64,000 nt of DNA from Candidatus Dadabacteria bacterium. GTDB taxonomy: Bacteria > Desulfobacterota_D > UBA1144 > Nemesobacterales > CSP1-2. Positions within the stretch are counted from its first letter, which is position 1. Each line of letters opens with the position of its first letter. Below the pieces are notes generated by a model. That model was not told where the DNA came from. It saw only the letters and a program-made list of their open reading frames with translations, and did no database searches. Shown piece after piece: positions 55,536 through 64,000 of the stretch. The stretch spans positions 960,001-1,024,000 of the forward strand of contig CAWDVW010000005.1 in the NCBI GenBank assembly GCA_963805855.1, written 5' to 3'. Both the position numbers and the translations under genes were made by a program.

Positions 55536-56429
55536 ATGTTTGAAAAAGTTCTTTTTCCCACTGATCTTGGAGAGCTATCTTCTCATCTGCTTACCTGTAT
55601 AAGCGATTTGCGTAATATTGGTTTAGAAGAGGCTATTCTTCTCTACGTAATCAACGTAGACGAAATTAATCATAATCTCTTAGCTTCTTTTCGTGATCAG
55701 GATGAAGCTAGATTAAGAGAAATCGCTCGCATCAGACTAGAAGAACAGATTCAAGTATTGAGAAATAGAGGTATACAAACAAAAGCAATAATAACCACGG
55801 GTATTCCCAGTAACGAAATTGTAAGGATTGCAGAGTCCGAGGGTGTTTCTTTAATTATTGGAGGCGCACAGCGTCATCATGGCAAGGAAGAGGATGAATT
55901 GGACATAACTACAACGCGAGTTATCTACAAGAGTAATTTGCCGGTGCTTGTTATCAAACTCTCCGATGAGGAGATAAAACATCCTAATGAATGCGATCGC
56001 TTTTGTAGTCGTCTTTTTAGCAAAGTGCTTTTTCCAACCGATTGGTCTGATTGTGCTAAAGCTACTCTGAATCAACTAATGAAATTACGAAAGATTATTG
56101 GTCAACTAATCGTAAGCCATGTCATGGATGAGCGTATTCTCCGCCATCTCGAACCTGAAAAAATTGAAGGATACCGACAAAACGATCTAAATCGTTTGCA
56201 TGAGGTCAAGGAAATTCTAGGTCGTCAGGGTTTTTCTGTAAATACGCATTTGCACGTTGGGTACCCACCCTTTGAAATCAGTCGCATAGCCGATGAGGAA
56301 GATATTTCTCTTATGGTTATTGGTAAGAGAGGCCGGACTGGTTTAAAAGAGATAATTTGGGGAAGTATATCCCAGCATTTGGTTCGTTTTAGTCACTGTT
56401 CAGTGTTGGTTTATTACTGTTGCGACTAG
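55536..56429 (+). CDS. Tandem universal stress protein
   Basis: Two KVLFPTD repeats, G.P..EI, G.RG.TG....GS. Confidence 0.9.
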   Translation: MFEKVLFPTDLGELSSHLLTCISDLRNIGLEEAILLYVINVDEINHNLLASFRDQDEARLREIARIRLEEQIQVLRNRGIQTKAIITTGIPSNEIVRIAESEGVSLIIGGAQRHHGKEEDELDITTTRVIYKSNLPVLVIKLSDEEIKHPNECDRFCSRLFSKVLFPTDWSDCAKATLNQLMKLRKIIGQLIVSHVMDERILRHLEPEKIEGYRQNDLNRLHEVKEILGRQGFSVNTHLHVGYPPFEISRIADEEDISLMVIGKRGRTGLKEIIWGSISQHLVRFSHCSVLVYYCCD

Positions 56430-56517
56430 AAGATTAGGAATCTGCGGAAATACCCAGATATCGCAATCAGATTAGTTCGATTTTTAGTCATTACTAATGA
56501 GAGGTGTTAGATATGAG

Positions 56518-56569
56518 TAAGGATCCTCACACCTCCGGGAGGTCACGACCTCCCGGAGGTCTTTTTCCA
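56518..56569 (+). repeat. REP-like mini-element, copy 1
   Basis: taaggatcctcacacctccgggaggtc-acgacctcccggaggtc-tttttcca. Confidence 0.75.
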
Positions 56570-56833
56570 ATGAAGCCGCAACCGTAAAGCTCCTTCCATT
56601 TATTCCAACCCTGTCCACGAAGATTTCGGTGCGGATGATCTGATTTTTTAAATATCGCCGCTTGGGCATCATGTTTTCTACCGGTCAAAGCCACTGCAAT
56701 CTTTGTGCTTCCCGTATCCAGTTTACACAAAAAGCGCCTTTTTCAGAGAGTAGCTTATCTCCACGAGTCTTGGGATCTTGTAAAACATGGGTGAGCGTAT
56801 CAGTCGCGTTCGGAAGGTTATTATTGGAAGAAC

Positions 56834-57175
56834 TTAATCATTTTTATGATGTCTATACTTGATGATTCTTACTTTTTCCATAGTCACTAATCCCTCTTTA
56901 ATCGTCTCGTCGAGAAATGGCAGCAATTGCTTGAGGTTTTCCTCAGTGTCTACGATTTCTATGACTATGGGCAAATCTTCTGAAAGTCTGAGCAGCTTGG
57001 CGGTATGAATTCGACTCTGGGCCCCAAATCCCATTACAGCCCGGATAACGGTTGCACCGGCAAGATTTAACTCCCTGGCTCTGAGAACGATCTGCTCGTA
57101 AAGAGTCTTACCTTTATAGACATCACTCTCGCCAATGAATATTCTCATCAGAAATCCTTCGCTGGGTAAGTTCAT
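56834..57175 (-). CDS. DUF190 (PII-like) protein
   Basis: RIFIGESD, LAGATV.R..GFG, LSEDLP+VIEIVD. Confidence 0.92.
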   Translation of the reverse strand: MNLPSEGFLMRIFIGESDVYKGKTLYEQIVLRARELNLAGATVIRAVMGFGAQSRIHTAKLLRLSEDLPIVIEIVDTEENLKQLLPFLDETIKEGLVTMEKVRIIKYRHHKND

Positions 57176-57187
57176 ATTTTTGCCCCC

Positions 57188-57574
57188 TTATTTAAAGATT
57201 CCGATTAAGGATCTGAATGTGACAAACCCGCAATAAACCATCAGCAGTCCTAATATATTACTTCCCAGGACATTTAACATCGCAAACTTAATTTCAGATT
57301 CCCGAATGAGGTTAAAGGTTTCCAGTCCAAACGTGGAAAATGTAGTGAAAGCTCCGAGCATGCCTACGAATATAAGTAGTCTAGTATTAGGGGATATTAT
57401 AAACATCTCAAAGAATTGCCACAGGAAACCAATCATGAAACAGCCAATAAGATTTACCATTAGTGTTCCCCAGGGAAGAATCCCATCCATATATTTATAG
57501 GTCAAACCTGACATCCCATACCTGAGAAGTGAACCGACAGCCCCACCAATTGCAATAAAAGATAGTTTTAACAT
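57188..57574 (-). CDS. crcB: Fluoride channel Fluc/CrcB
   Basis: GGA.G..LRY, PWGTL.VN, G.LGAFTTFSTF. Confidence 0.95.
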   Translation of the reverse strand: MLKLSFIAIGGAVGSLLRYGMSGLTYKYMDGILPWGTLMVNLIGCFMIGFLWQFFEMFIISPNTRLLIFVGMLGAFTTFSTFGLETFNLIRESEIKFAMLNVLGSNILGLLMVYCGFVTFRSLIGIFK

Positions 57575-57640
57575 TCATCTCCTCCAGCCCAATTGTGTTT
57601 GCATAAGAGCATAATTTGGCGCTTAAACAATTTATTTTGG

Positions 57641-57700
57641 GTAGGAGTTATCAACTGCTGGAGGGAAATTAGCAGTAGTTGGAGGTGAACCCCATCACCT
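57641..57700 (-). ncRNA. Fluoride (crcB) riboswitch
   Basis: Minus strand GGTGATGGGGTTCACC...AACTACTGCT...GCAGTTGATAACTCCTAC upstream of crcB; promoter TTGATC-N16-TATTAT before it. Confidence 0.9.
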
Positions 57701-57840
57701 TTATAGACACATAATACCTAACACTTTGTTTTGATCAAGAAAATCAAAAGGCAAGGTTTAAGAAAAAAAGCAGCCGCCCTGGACCCCTACGTCCAGGGAA
57801 CCGGAGAATGGGGTGCCCTTTGATCCTCAAGGTCAAACCG

Positions 57841-57984
57841 CTGGCTTTTATAAGAAGATGCTGCGAGCTTGGACTTCCCCTTGATACGGTCAGGGAGTTT
57901 TTAAAGCTGGTGGATCAGAAGAACAGCACCTATGTTGAAATAGCGGATATATCCCAGCACCATCTACAAGATATCCGCGCTAAG
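57841..57984 (+). pseudogene. MerR-family metal regulator fragment
   Basis: LAFIRRCCELGLPLDTVREFL...HLQDIRAK; N-terminus missing, C-terminus cut by repeat. Confidence 0.7.
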
Positions 57985-58015
57985 GATCCTCACACCTCCG
58001 GGAGGTCTTTTTCCA
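57981..58015 (+). repeat. REP-like mini-element, copy 2
   Basis: 27 nt identical to 56518-56544 plus same tttttcca tail. Confidence 0.75.
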
Positions 58016-58018
58016 TAA

Positions 58019-58320
58019 TCACAAAGCGCTGTGCAGGGCCTTTTTTACCGCATGCGGGTTTTTCTCAATGACCGTCAGATAGGCCTTGGTCGGGCCTTCG
58101 GGCACACGATGTTGTGGGTTCCCCATTTTTTTAATGTGGATACTGGAATGGCAAAAGTCTCGGAAAAAACCTCCTGTGTCATCTGAAGTTTTTCACGGAT
58201 TGCTTTCACATCTATATCTTTGGCGCGTATCCTGTAGGCGCGGCCTTTGGTTTTATCTCCTTTGAGATAGGCAAGGGCTTGCTTCGCCCCTGTAATAATT
58301 TCATTTCCTGCTTTGCTCAT
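58019..58320 (-). pseudogene. Frameshifted XRE-HTH antitoxin (HigA/NadS-like)
   Basis: DVKAIREKLQMTQE.F...IP.STL..W then frameshift; other frame continues RVPEGPTKAYLTVIEKNP. Confidence 0.7.
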
Positions 58321-58512
58321 GGTTTCATCTCCTTCTTAATCTACTGAACGATTCCGTACAGGATAATAATTATAACCATTAATGCTGAAATGAAACTCCC
58401 TGCAGGCTATCATCATAGAAACGGAAAGTCGCAGAAGCTTAGATTTTAAATGGGCATTCAAAAAATTGCCAAAATCAATTCCGGAAGCTTTAAAAAAAGT
58501 GACAATCGTTAC

Positions 58513-58614
58513 TGTCATCTCGAAGGAATAAAATGACTGAGAGAACTATTCTATAAAAAAGGAAAGATATCTCGCCGAGCCTGCACTGAGTTTACCGAAG
58601 TGCTCGATATGACA
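58513..58614. repeat. TGTCAT...ATGACA inverted-repeat element with nested CTGAG..CGAAG repeat
   Basis: tgtcatctcga / tcgatatgaca ends; inner gcactgagtttaccgaagtg. Confidence 0.6.
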
Positions 58615-58813
58615 GGGTTTGGCCAGTCTTGTCCAGTCGAAGGGTTGTTTCTTTGTATCAAGACAAAGAAAATAAAAGATTAAACAATGGATCCCCGATT
58701 AAAACATTCAAAGAAATAGAGAAACTTAATGGATTTGTATACCAATCACTTTTACGAATCCACCCGAAACGATTTTGTTTGAACAGGTTTTCCCCTTCTG
58801 TTAGAATTGCAGG

Positions 58814-59371
58814 ATGGCTAAGAAACGAATAACAAAGGTCTATACTCGAACCGGAGACAAAGGTTTAACCTCACTCATTGGCGGGAAAAGAGTGAGCAAA
58901 GACTCTTCGCGAGTAAACGCATATGGCGAAATAGATGAGCTTAATGCAGTGCTGGGAATAGTACGATCTCAAGCAATGGACAATGAAATAAAGGTAATCA
59001 TTTCAGTTATTCAGAATGATCTTTTTATTATTGGGGCTGATCTTGCGAGTCCAATGGATATCCGGGCACCCAGGATACGACCAATTAGCATAAGGAAGCT
59101 AGAAAGAACAATCGATAAATTTCTTAAAGAGCTCGACCCACTCAAGGAGTTTATTCTTCCAACCGGGGGCGGCGGGGGGCATTACCTTCACCTCGCAAGA
59201 ACCGTTTCGAGAAGGGCCGAAAGAAGTATTGTCAAGCTGAATAGAGAAGAAAAAATCAATGAAAACGTGCTGAAATACATAAACAGGCTATCTGACTTGT
59301 TGTTTGTAATGGCTAGAATTGAAAACAAACGCTCTGGTTTTGAAGAGACATTCGTAAACTTCGGAAGATAA
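58814..59371 (+). CDS. pduO: PduO-type cob(I)alamin adenosyltransferase
   Basis: VYTRTGDKG.T, YG.IDELN, IQNDLF, FILP, RRAER, NRLSD. Confidence 0.93.
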   Translation: MAKKRITKVYTRTGDKGLTSLIGGKRVSKDSSRVNAYGEIDELNAVLGIVRSQAMDNEIKVIISVIQNDLFIIGADLASPMDIRAPRIRPISIRKLERTIDKFLKELDPLKEFILPTGGGGGHYLHLARTVSRRAERSIVKLNREEKINENVLKYINRLSDLLFVMARIENKRSGFEETFVNFGR

Positions 59372-60022
59372 ATGCCACCCTTCAATAATTTTGAGGACTT
59401 CATAGTAAATCCACAGATTGAGGAATATCTAAAGAGTCTATCACCAGTGGATGACACTATTCTTAAGGAGATGGAAGAGCTCGGTAAGGAAAGGAGTTTC
59501 CCAATTGTTGGACCGCTCGTCGGAAGGCTACTCCTTCAGTTGGCCTTGGCCATAGGCGCAGAAAGGATCTTTGAGATGGGCTCAGGCTTCGGATACTCTG
59601 CATATTGGTTTGCTAAAGCATTTCGTGATAGGGGTACATTATTCTTCACGGAGTTTTCAAATGATAATGCTAAACTTGCTCTAAATTTTTTTAAGCGCGG
59701 GGGGATTGATAACAGAATAAGGATCCACATTGGGGACTCACTATCAATCCTGGACACCATACCGGGGCATTTTGATATAATATTCAATGACATCGACAAA
59801 GAACGCTACCCCTTAGTAGTTGAGAAGGCTTACAACAGGCTGAGAAAAGGCGGTCTTCTGATAGCCGACAATCTTCTCTGGTTCGGAAGGGTATTGAGAG
59901 ATGATGATTCGTCAAGCACAAAAGGGGTAAAAGAATTTACAAGGCTTCTTCTTTCTGAAAAAGGCTTCCTCACAACTATCATTCCAATAAGAGACGGAAT
60001 TTCGATCAGTCTAAAGCTCTAA
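59372..60022 (+). CDS. Class I O-methyltransferase
   Basis: FPIVGP, EMGSGFGYS, FNDIDK..Y, GGLLIADN, RDG. Confidence 0.9.
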   Translation: MPPFNNFEDFIVNPQIEEYLKSLSPVDDTILKEMEELGKERSFPIVGPLVGRLLLQLALAIGAERIFEMGSGFGYSAYWFAKAFRDRGTLFFTEFSNDNAKLALNFFKRGGIDNRIRIHIGDSLSILDTIPGHFDIIFNDIDKERYPLVVEKAYNRLRKGGLLIADNLLWFGRVLRDDDSSSTKGVKEFTRLLLSEKGFLTTIIPIRDGISISLKL

Positions 60023-60082
60023 GCAAATTTTATAGGTATCATATATTAGGTTTATTTTCTCATTAACTGAAACCATTACGCC

Positions 60083-62707
60083 ATGGAAAAATTACGAATG
60101 CGTTCAAAAAAGGAAGACGGGTATCAAGGCGTAAAACTACGTTACAAGGAAAAACAATACGGGTTAAAGAAGCTTCACGATAAACGAACCCTTTCAGGCA
60201 TAGCGTTCTCGCAGAGATTGTCCCTTATAACCGATGAACTTATCAAGGAATCTCTAATACATCTTGGCTTCCCTCAACTCAACGGAATATCGATAATTGC
60301 AACCGGAGGCTATGGAAGAAAAGAGCTCTGTCCATACTCAGATATAGACCTGTTGTTCCTATATTCGCCAACGAAAAAAACATTAGTAGAAAGCGCAGCA
60401 CAAAAACTGCTTTATTCTCTATGGGATCTAAACCTTCAAATAGGCCACTCCATTAGAACAATTGACGAGTGTTTCGAAATTTCCCTTAACGAGGACACAA
60501 CAATTCTGACGTCCCTTCTTGACGGTAGATTCATTACCGGCGATATAAAAGTATATAATAAATATGATAGAAAGCTCTTTCTTGAATTCCTCCCAACGAT
60601 CTCTTCCAGTTTTATTCGAAGGAAATTGGAAGAAAATGAACAGAGGATCGACAAATTTGGTAGATCAATTTATCTCCTCGAACCAAACATAAAGGAAGGA
60701 GAAGGTGGGCTGCGTGACATTCACACGGCACTGTGGATAGCACAGGCAAAATTCAAGCTCAAAGAATTTAGAGAGCTCCTCTATAAAGGTATACTGACCG
60801 AAAGGGAGCTCAATGTATTCAAAAGGGGATTGGATTTCCTACTTCAAATTAGAACACAAGTCCATTATTTAGCCGAAAGAGCGGAAAATATACTCAGGTT
60901 TGATTATCAGGAGAAAATTGCAAGGTTTCTTGGCTATAAAGATACAGAGCTACCCGCAGTAGAACGTTTTATGAGAATCTACTATCTCAGGGGAAATCTA
61001 ATTAAGGAACAGTCCAAGAAACTTATCGACAGATGCGCTTTTAGACCAAAACTTAGCTTCAGCTCCCAGAAGACAGTGCTCTTGGATAAAGGCCTTGTCA
61101 TCCAGGGAGGAATGCTCTCCGCTTCAAGCCGTAGAATCTTCCGCGACCACCCCCAAAACTTCTTTAAATGCTTTGAATATGCCGATAAATACGAAATCAA
61201 AATGAGTAAATACCTGTTGGATTTAATTCGTGAAAACGTGAAGCTCATTGATGAAAACGTAAGGAATGACCCGGGGCATAATTCTTCGTTCCTCAGTCTC
61301 CTTTCAAATGGTAAAGCTGTGTCGGATATGCTTTTTGAAATGAATCGTCTTCGTCTTCTTGGTCGTTATATTCCCGAATTTGGGAAAATAGTATGCATGG
61401 TCCAGCACGACGCATACCATGTTTATACGGTGGATATACATTCAATTTTCATGATTAGGGAAATTGAAAATCTCATCCATGGAAAATACGAAAAGGAGTT
61501 TTCCCTTCTGACAAAAATCTCTAGAGGTATTTCAAAACGACATATTCTTTATCTGGCCTGCCTTCTTCATGATATAGGAAAGGGAGAGGGAAGGAATCAC
61601 TCTCAAAAAGGCGCACAGATGATACCGAAAATCGCCGAGCGAATCGGTCTTACAGTTGAAGAAAATGAGAAACTTCAATTCATAGTTAAGCATCATCTCA
61701 TAATGCCCCATTTTTCTCAGAGGCGAGACCTTCATGACGAAAGCCTAATAATTCGATTCGCCAAATCGGTAAAAACTGTGGAAACCCTCTCTTTACTTTA
61801 TCTACTCTCATTTGCAGACATTAGATCAGTCGGTCCTGATGTATGGACAAACTGGAAGGGGATGCTTCTTGAGGAGCTTTATCTTAGAACCGCAGCGATA
61901 CTCGAGGAGGGAGAATTTAAGAAGGAAAGTTTAGAGGAAAGAGCGAAGAGGTTTACAGGAGATGTCGTTAACCTTGTAAAAGAAGAATTCGCAGAGCAAT
62001 GGGTAAAAAAAATTCTAGGAGGCATGCCGCACTCGTACTTTGTAGGTTATTCCCCACAAAAGATTGCCTATCATTTGAAACTGATTAAAAAATTCCCCAA
62101 AGGCATCGGAATAGACGTGGCTTTTCATCCCGGTGAAGAGTACGACGAGTTTACATTCTGGGGATTCGATAAGCCTGGTATCTTCTCCCACCTGTGTGGA
62201 GTGCTCGCCGGAAACGGCGTTAATATTTTGGGCGCCAGAATCGTAACACGTGATGACGGAAGAATCCTAGACGTCTTTTATGTAAACCGGCTCGGCAAAT
62301 CCACCCACACCGAGAAAAATCTATGGTCTAAGGTAGACGAGGACCTCAGCAATGTATTGATGGGTAAGGCAGACGTAGGACAAATTGTCTCTCGAAGAAA
62401 AAAACACGGGCCTATCTATGTAAAGACGATCCCCAAAAATCCACCTCGTGTGGAGGTAGATAACGAATCCTCCGAATTCTCAACAATTATCGATGTTTAT
62501 ACACATGACCGTGTAGGACTCCTTTACGACATAACAAAAGCCATAACCAATCTGGGACTTTCAATTACATACGCAAAAATCTCCACTAAGGTCGACCAGG
62601 TGGCAGATGTTTTTTATGTAAACGAAATAAATGGGGGTAAGGTTCACGATCAAATCAAACTGAATCAAATTAAATCAATGTTAAAAACAATAGATTCCGG
62701 AGATTGA
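60083..62707 (+). CDS. glnD: [Protein-PII] uridylyltransferase
   Basis: GGYGR.EL.PYSDIDL, EPNIKEG.GGLRD, LLHDIGKG (HD), two ACT domains. Confidence 0.96.
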   Translation: MEKLRMRSKKEDGYQGVKLRYKEKQYGLKKLHDKRTLSGIAFSQRLSLITDELIKESLIHLGFPQLNGISIIATGGYGRKELCPYSDIDLLFLYSPTKKTLVESAAQKLLYSLWDLNLQIGHSIRTIDECFEISLNEDTTILTSLLDGRFITGDIKVYNKYDRKLFLEFLPTISSSFIRRKLEENEQRIDKFGRSIYLLEPNIKEGEGGLRDIHTALWIAQAKFKLKEFRELLYKGILTERELNVFKRGLDFLLQIRTQVHYLAERAENILRFDYQEKIARFLGYKDTELPAVERFMRIYYLRGNLIKEQSKKLIDRCAFRPKLSFSSQKTVLLDKGLVIQGGMLSASSRRIFRDHPQNFFKCFEYADKYEIKMSKYLLDLIRENVKLIDENVRNDPGHNSSFLSLLSNGKAVSDMLFEMNRLRLLGRYIPEFGKIVCMVQHDAYHVYTVDIHSIFMIREIENLIHGKYEKEFSLLTKISRGISKRHILYLACLLHDIGKGEGRNHSQKGAQMIPKIAERIGLTVEENEKLQFIVKHHLIMPHFSQRRDLHDESLIIRFAKSVKTVETLSLLYLLSFADIRSVGPDVWTNWKGMLLEELYLRTAAILEEGEFKKESLEERAKRFTGDVVNLVKEEFAEQWVKKILGGMPHSYFVGYSPQKIAYHLKLIKKFPKGIGIDVAFHPGEEYDEFTFWGFDKPGIFSHLCGVLAGNGVNILGARIVTRDDGRILDVFYVNRLGKSTHTEKNLWSKVDEDLSNVLMGKADVGQIVSRRKKHGPIYVKTIPKNPPRVEVDNESSEFSTIIDVYTHDRVGLLYDITKAITNLGLSITYAKISTKVDQVADVFYVNEINGGKVHDQIKLNQIKSMLKTIDSGD

Positions 62708-62767
62708 AGACTTATGAGAAATCTTCTTTCAGTCAGTATGCTTTTGATTCTAATACACTAAAGAAAA

Positions 62768-64000
62768 ATGGTCCAGTCCGAAAAATTAGCAGATGATAAG
62801 CTTGAAGCGCCTTTTCTTGTTGTGGGAAGTGGGTTAGCGGGGCTTTATGCCGCGCTTTACGCTTCAAATTTTGGCGATGTAATTCTGCTTACAAAATCTA
62901 CACTCGAAGAGAGCAACAGCTATTGGGCACAGGGTGGCATAGCCGCCGCGATGGACCCGGAAGATTCACCACTATATCATCTTGAAGATACAATCAAAGC
63001 CGGAAGGGGTATTTGCAATGAAAAGGCCGTCGAGATACTCGTGCGTGAAGGTAGGGAAAGAGTCCTGGATCTAATTAATCTCGGGATGAAGTTTGACTCT
63101 ACCGATAGGGGTTTTGAGCTCGGATTAGAAGGGGGACATACAAAAAGACGAGTTCTCCACTCGGGTGGGAATTCAACGGGAAAAGAGATTGTTGAATTTT
63201 TGATATCCTCTGTAAAAAAGTTGAAAAGAATTTTGATACTGGAAAGTACAGCCGTAGAGACATTGATATCCGATGGGAAAACATGTTTCGGGGCATTAGC
63301 CTTCAAACAAACACCATCGAATAGGATACCCATCGTCTCGGGTGCGACTATACTCGCAACCGGTGGCGCTGCTGCGCTGTATTCAAGAACCACGAATCCT
63401 CCCGGTGCAACTGGGGAGGGGATTTCGCTAGCGTACAGATCGGGTGCTGAAATCACGGATATCGAATTTGTTCAGTTTCACCCGACAACGCTTTACGCTA
63501 AGAACGGCGGTGGATTCCTGATCAGCGAAGCTGTGAGGGGTGAAGGCGCACATCTCCTGAATAAGGATGGAGAAAGATTCATGCTTCGTTACCATGAGCT
63601 CGGAGAGCTAGCCCCGAGGGATATAGTATCGAAGGCCATATTTAATGAAATCAAAACATCAGGCGAAGACTGCGTATTCCTATCTCTCAAGCACCTGGAC
63701 AAGGCGTTTGTAAGAAAGCGGTTTGCAAATATACATAATATGTGCTCTAAATCTGGAATCGATTTCAGCAGTGATTTAATCCCCGTAGCCCCGGCTGCCC
63801 ATTATACAATCGGAGGCGTTAAGACAGGCCTAATGGGAGAAACCAGCATAAAAGGTTTATTCGCTTGCGGAGAGGTTGCATGCACTGGGGTTCACGGTGC
63901 CAACAGACTGGCAAGCAACTCACTTCTTGAGTGCATCGTTTTCGCCAAACGGGCGGTCGACGGCGCAAGAAATAATGGCGCCCCTATTAAAAATAGAGAT
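62768..64000 (+). CDS. nadB: L-aspartate oxidase (runs off window)
   Basis: Manual translation: VVGSGLAG, NSYWAQGGIAA, LEGGH..RRV.H, FVQFHPT, LISEAVRGEG, ELAPRDIV, GVHGANRLASNSLLE. Confidence 0.93.
   Translation, partial: MVQSEKLADDKLEAPFLVVGSGLAGLYAALYASNFGDVILLTKSTLEESNSYWAQGGIAAAMDPEDSPLYHLEDTIKAGRGICNEKAVEILVREGRERVLDLINLGMKFDSTDRGFELGLEGGHTKRRVLHSGGNSTGKEIVEFLISSVKKLKRILILESTAVETLISDGKTCFGALAFKQTPSNRIPIVSGATILATGGAAALYSRTTNPPGATGEGISLAYRSGAEITDIEFVQFHPTTLYAKNGGGFLISEAVRGEGAHLLNKDGERFMLRYHELGELAPRDIVSKAIFNEIKTSGEDCVFLSLKHLDKAFVRKRFANIHNMCSKSGIDFSSDLIPVAPAAHYTIGGVKTGLMGETSIKGLFACGEVACTGVHGANRLASNSLLECIVFAKRAVDGARNNGAPIKNRD

Noticed and set aside
56570-56830. Short ORFs between usp and DUF190
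   Set aside because: Stops in the plausible frames and no recognisable domain; at most an unidentified remnant.
58620-58813. Cobalamin riboswitch upstream of pduO
   Set aside because: No GGGAA...GCCACTG core; region is explained by REP-like repeats.

Overview
Bacterial chromosomal window of moderate GC, densely coding. It looks deltaproteobacterial (possibly Ca. Dadabacteria/Desulfobacterota-type); this is inferred from gene order and protein style only. Most of it is housekeeping: partial gspC, galT, two CIRCE-controlled groES-groEL operons 30.4 kb apart, degP, the prs-rplY-pth-hppA-ychF-rpsF-rpsR-rplI run, lepA, mutS, radC, dnaB, prmC-murA-hisG, maf-yggS-proC-yggT-yggU, pduO, glnD and partial nadB. 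It also carries F420-linked genes (cofC, npdG, an Rv0121-type protein) and a Cys-type Thi4. Two accessory zones stand out. (1) At 23.7-27.2 kb there is a structured non-coding segment resembling an orphan IS110 left end (bridge/seek-RNA-like). Nearby is a decayed integron: truncated intI, intact attI, a near-consensus cassette promoter, and one GC-rich membrane-protein cassette with a cut attC, bracketed by two colinear ~105-bp mini-elements. (2) At 52.9-58.7 kb there is a toxic-ion resistance islet with arsR/acr3/usp, a fluoride riboswitch-crcB-DUF190 module between direct repeats, and merR and antitoxin remnants. Other points: a beta-CASP/MBL homologue that has lost its metal ligands, a likely S6:S18 leader RNA, and several REP-like repeat families. 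No tRNA, rRNA or CRISPR array was seen.
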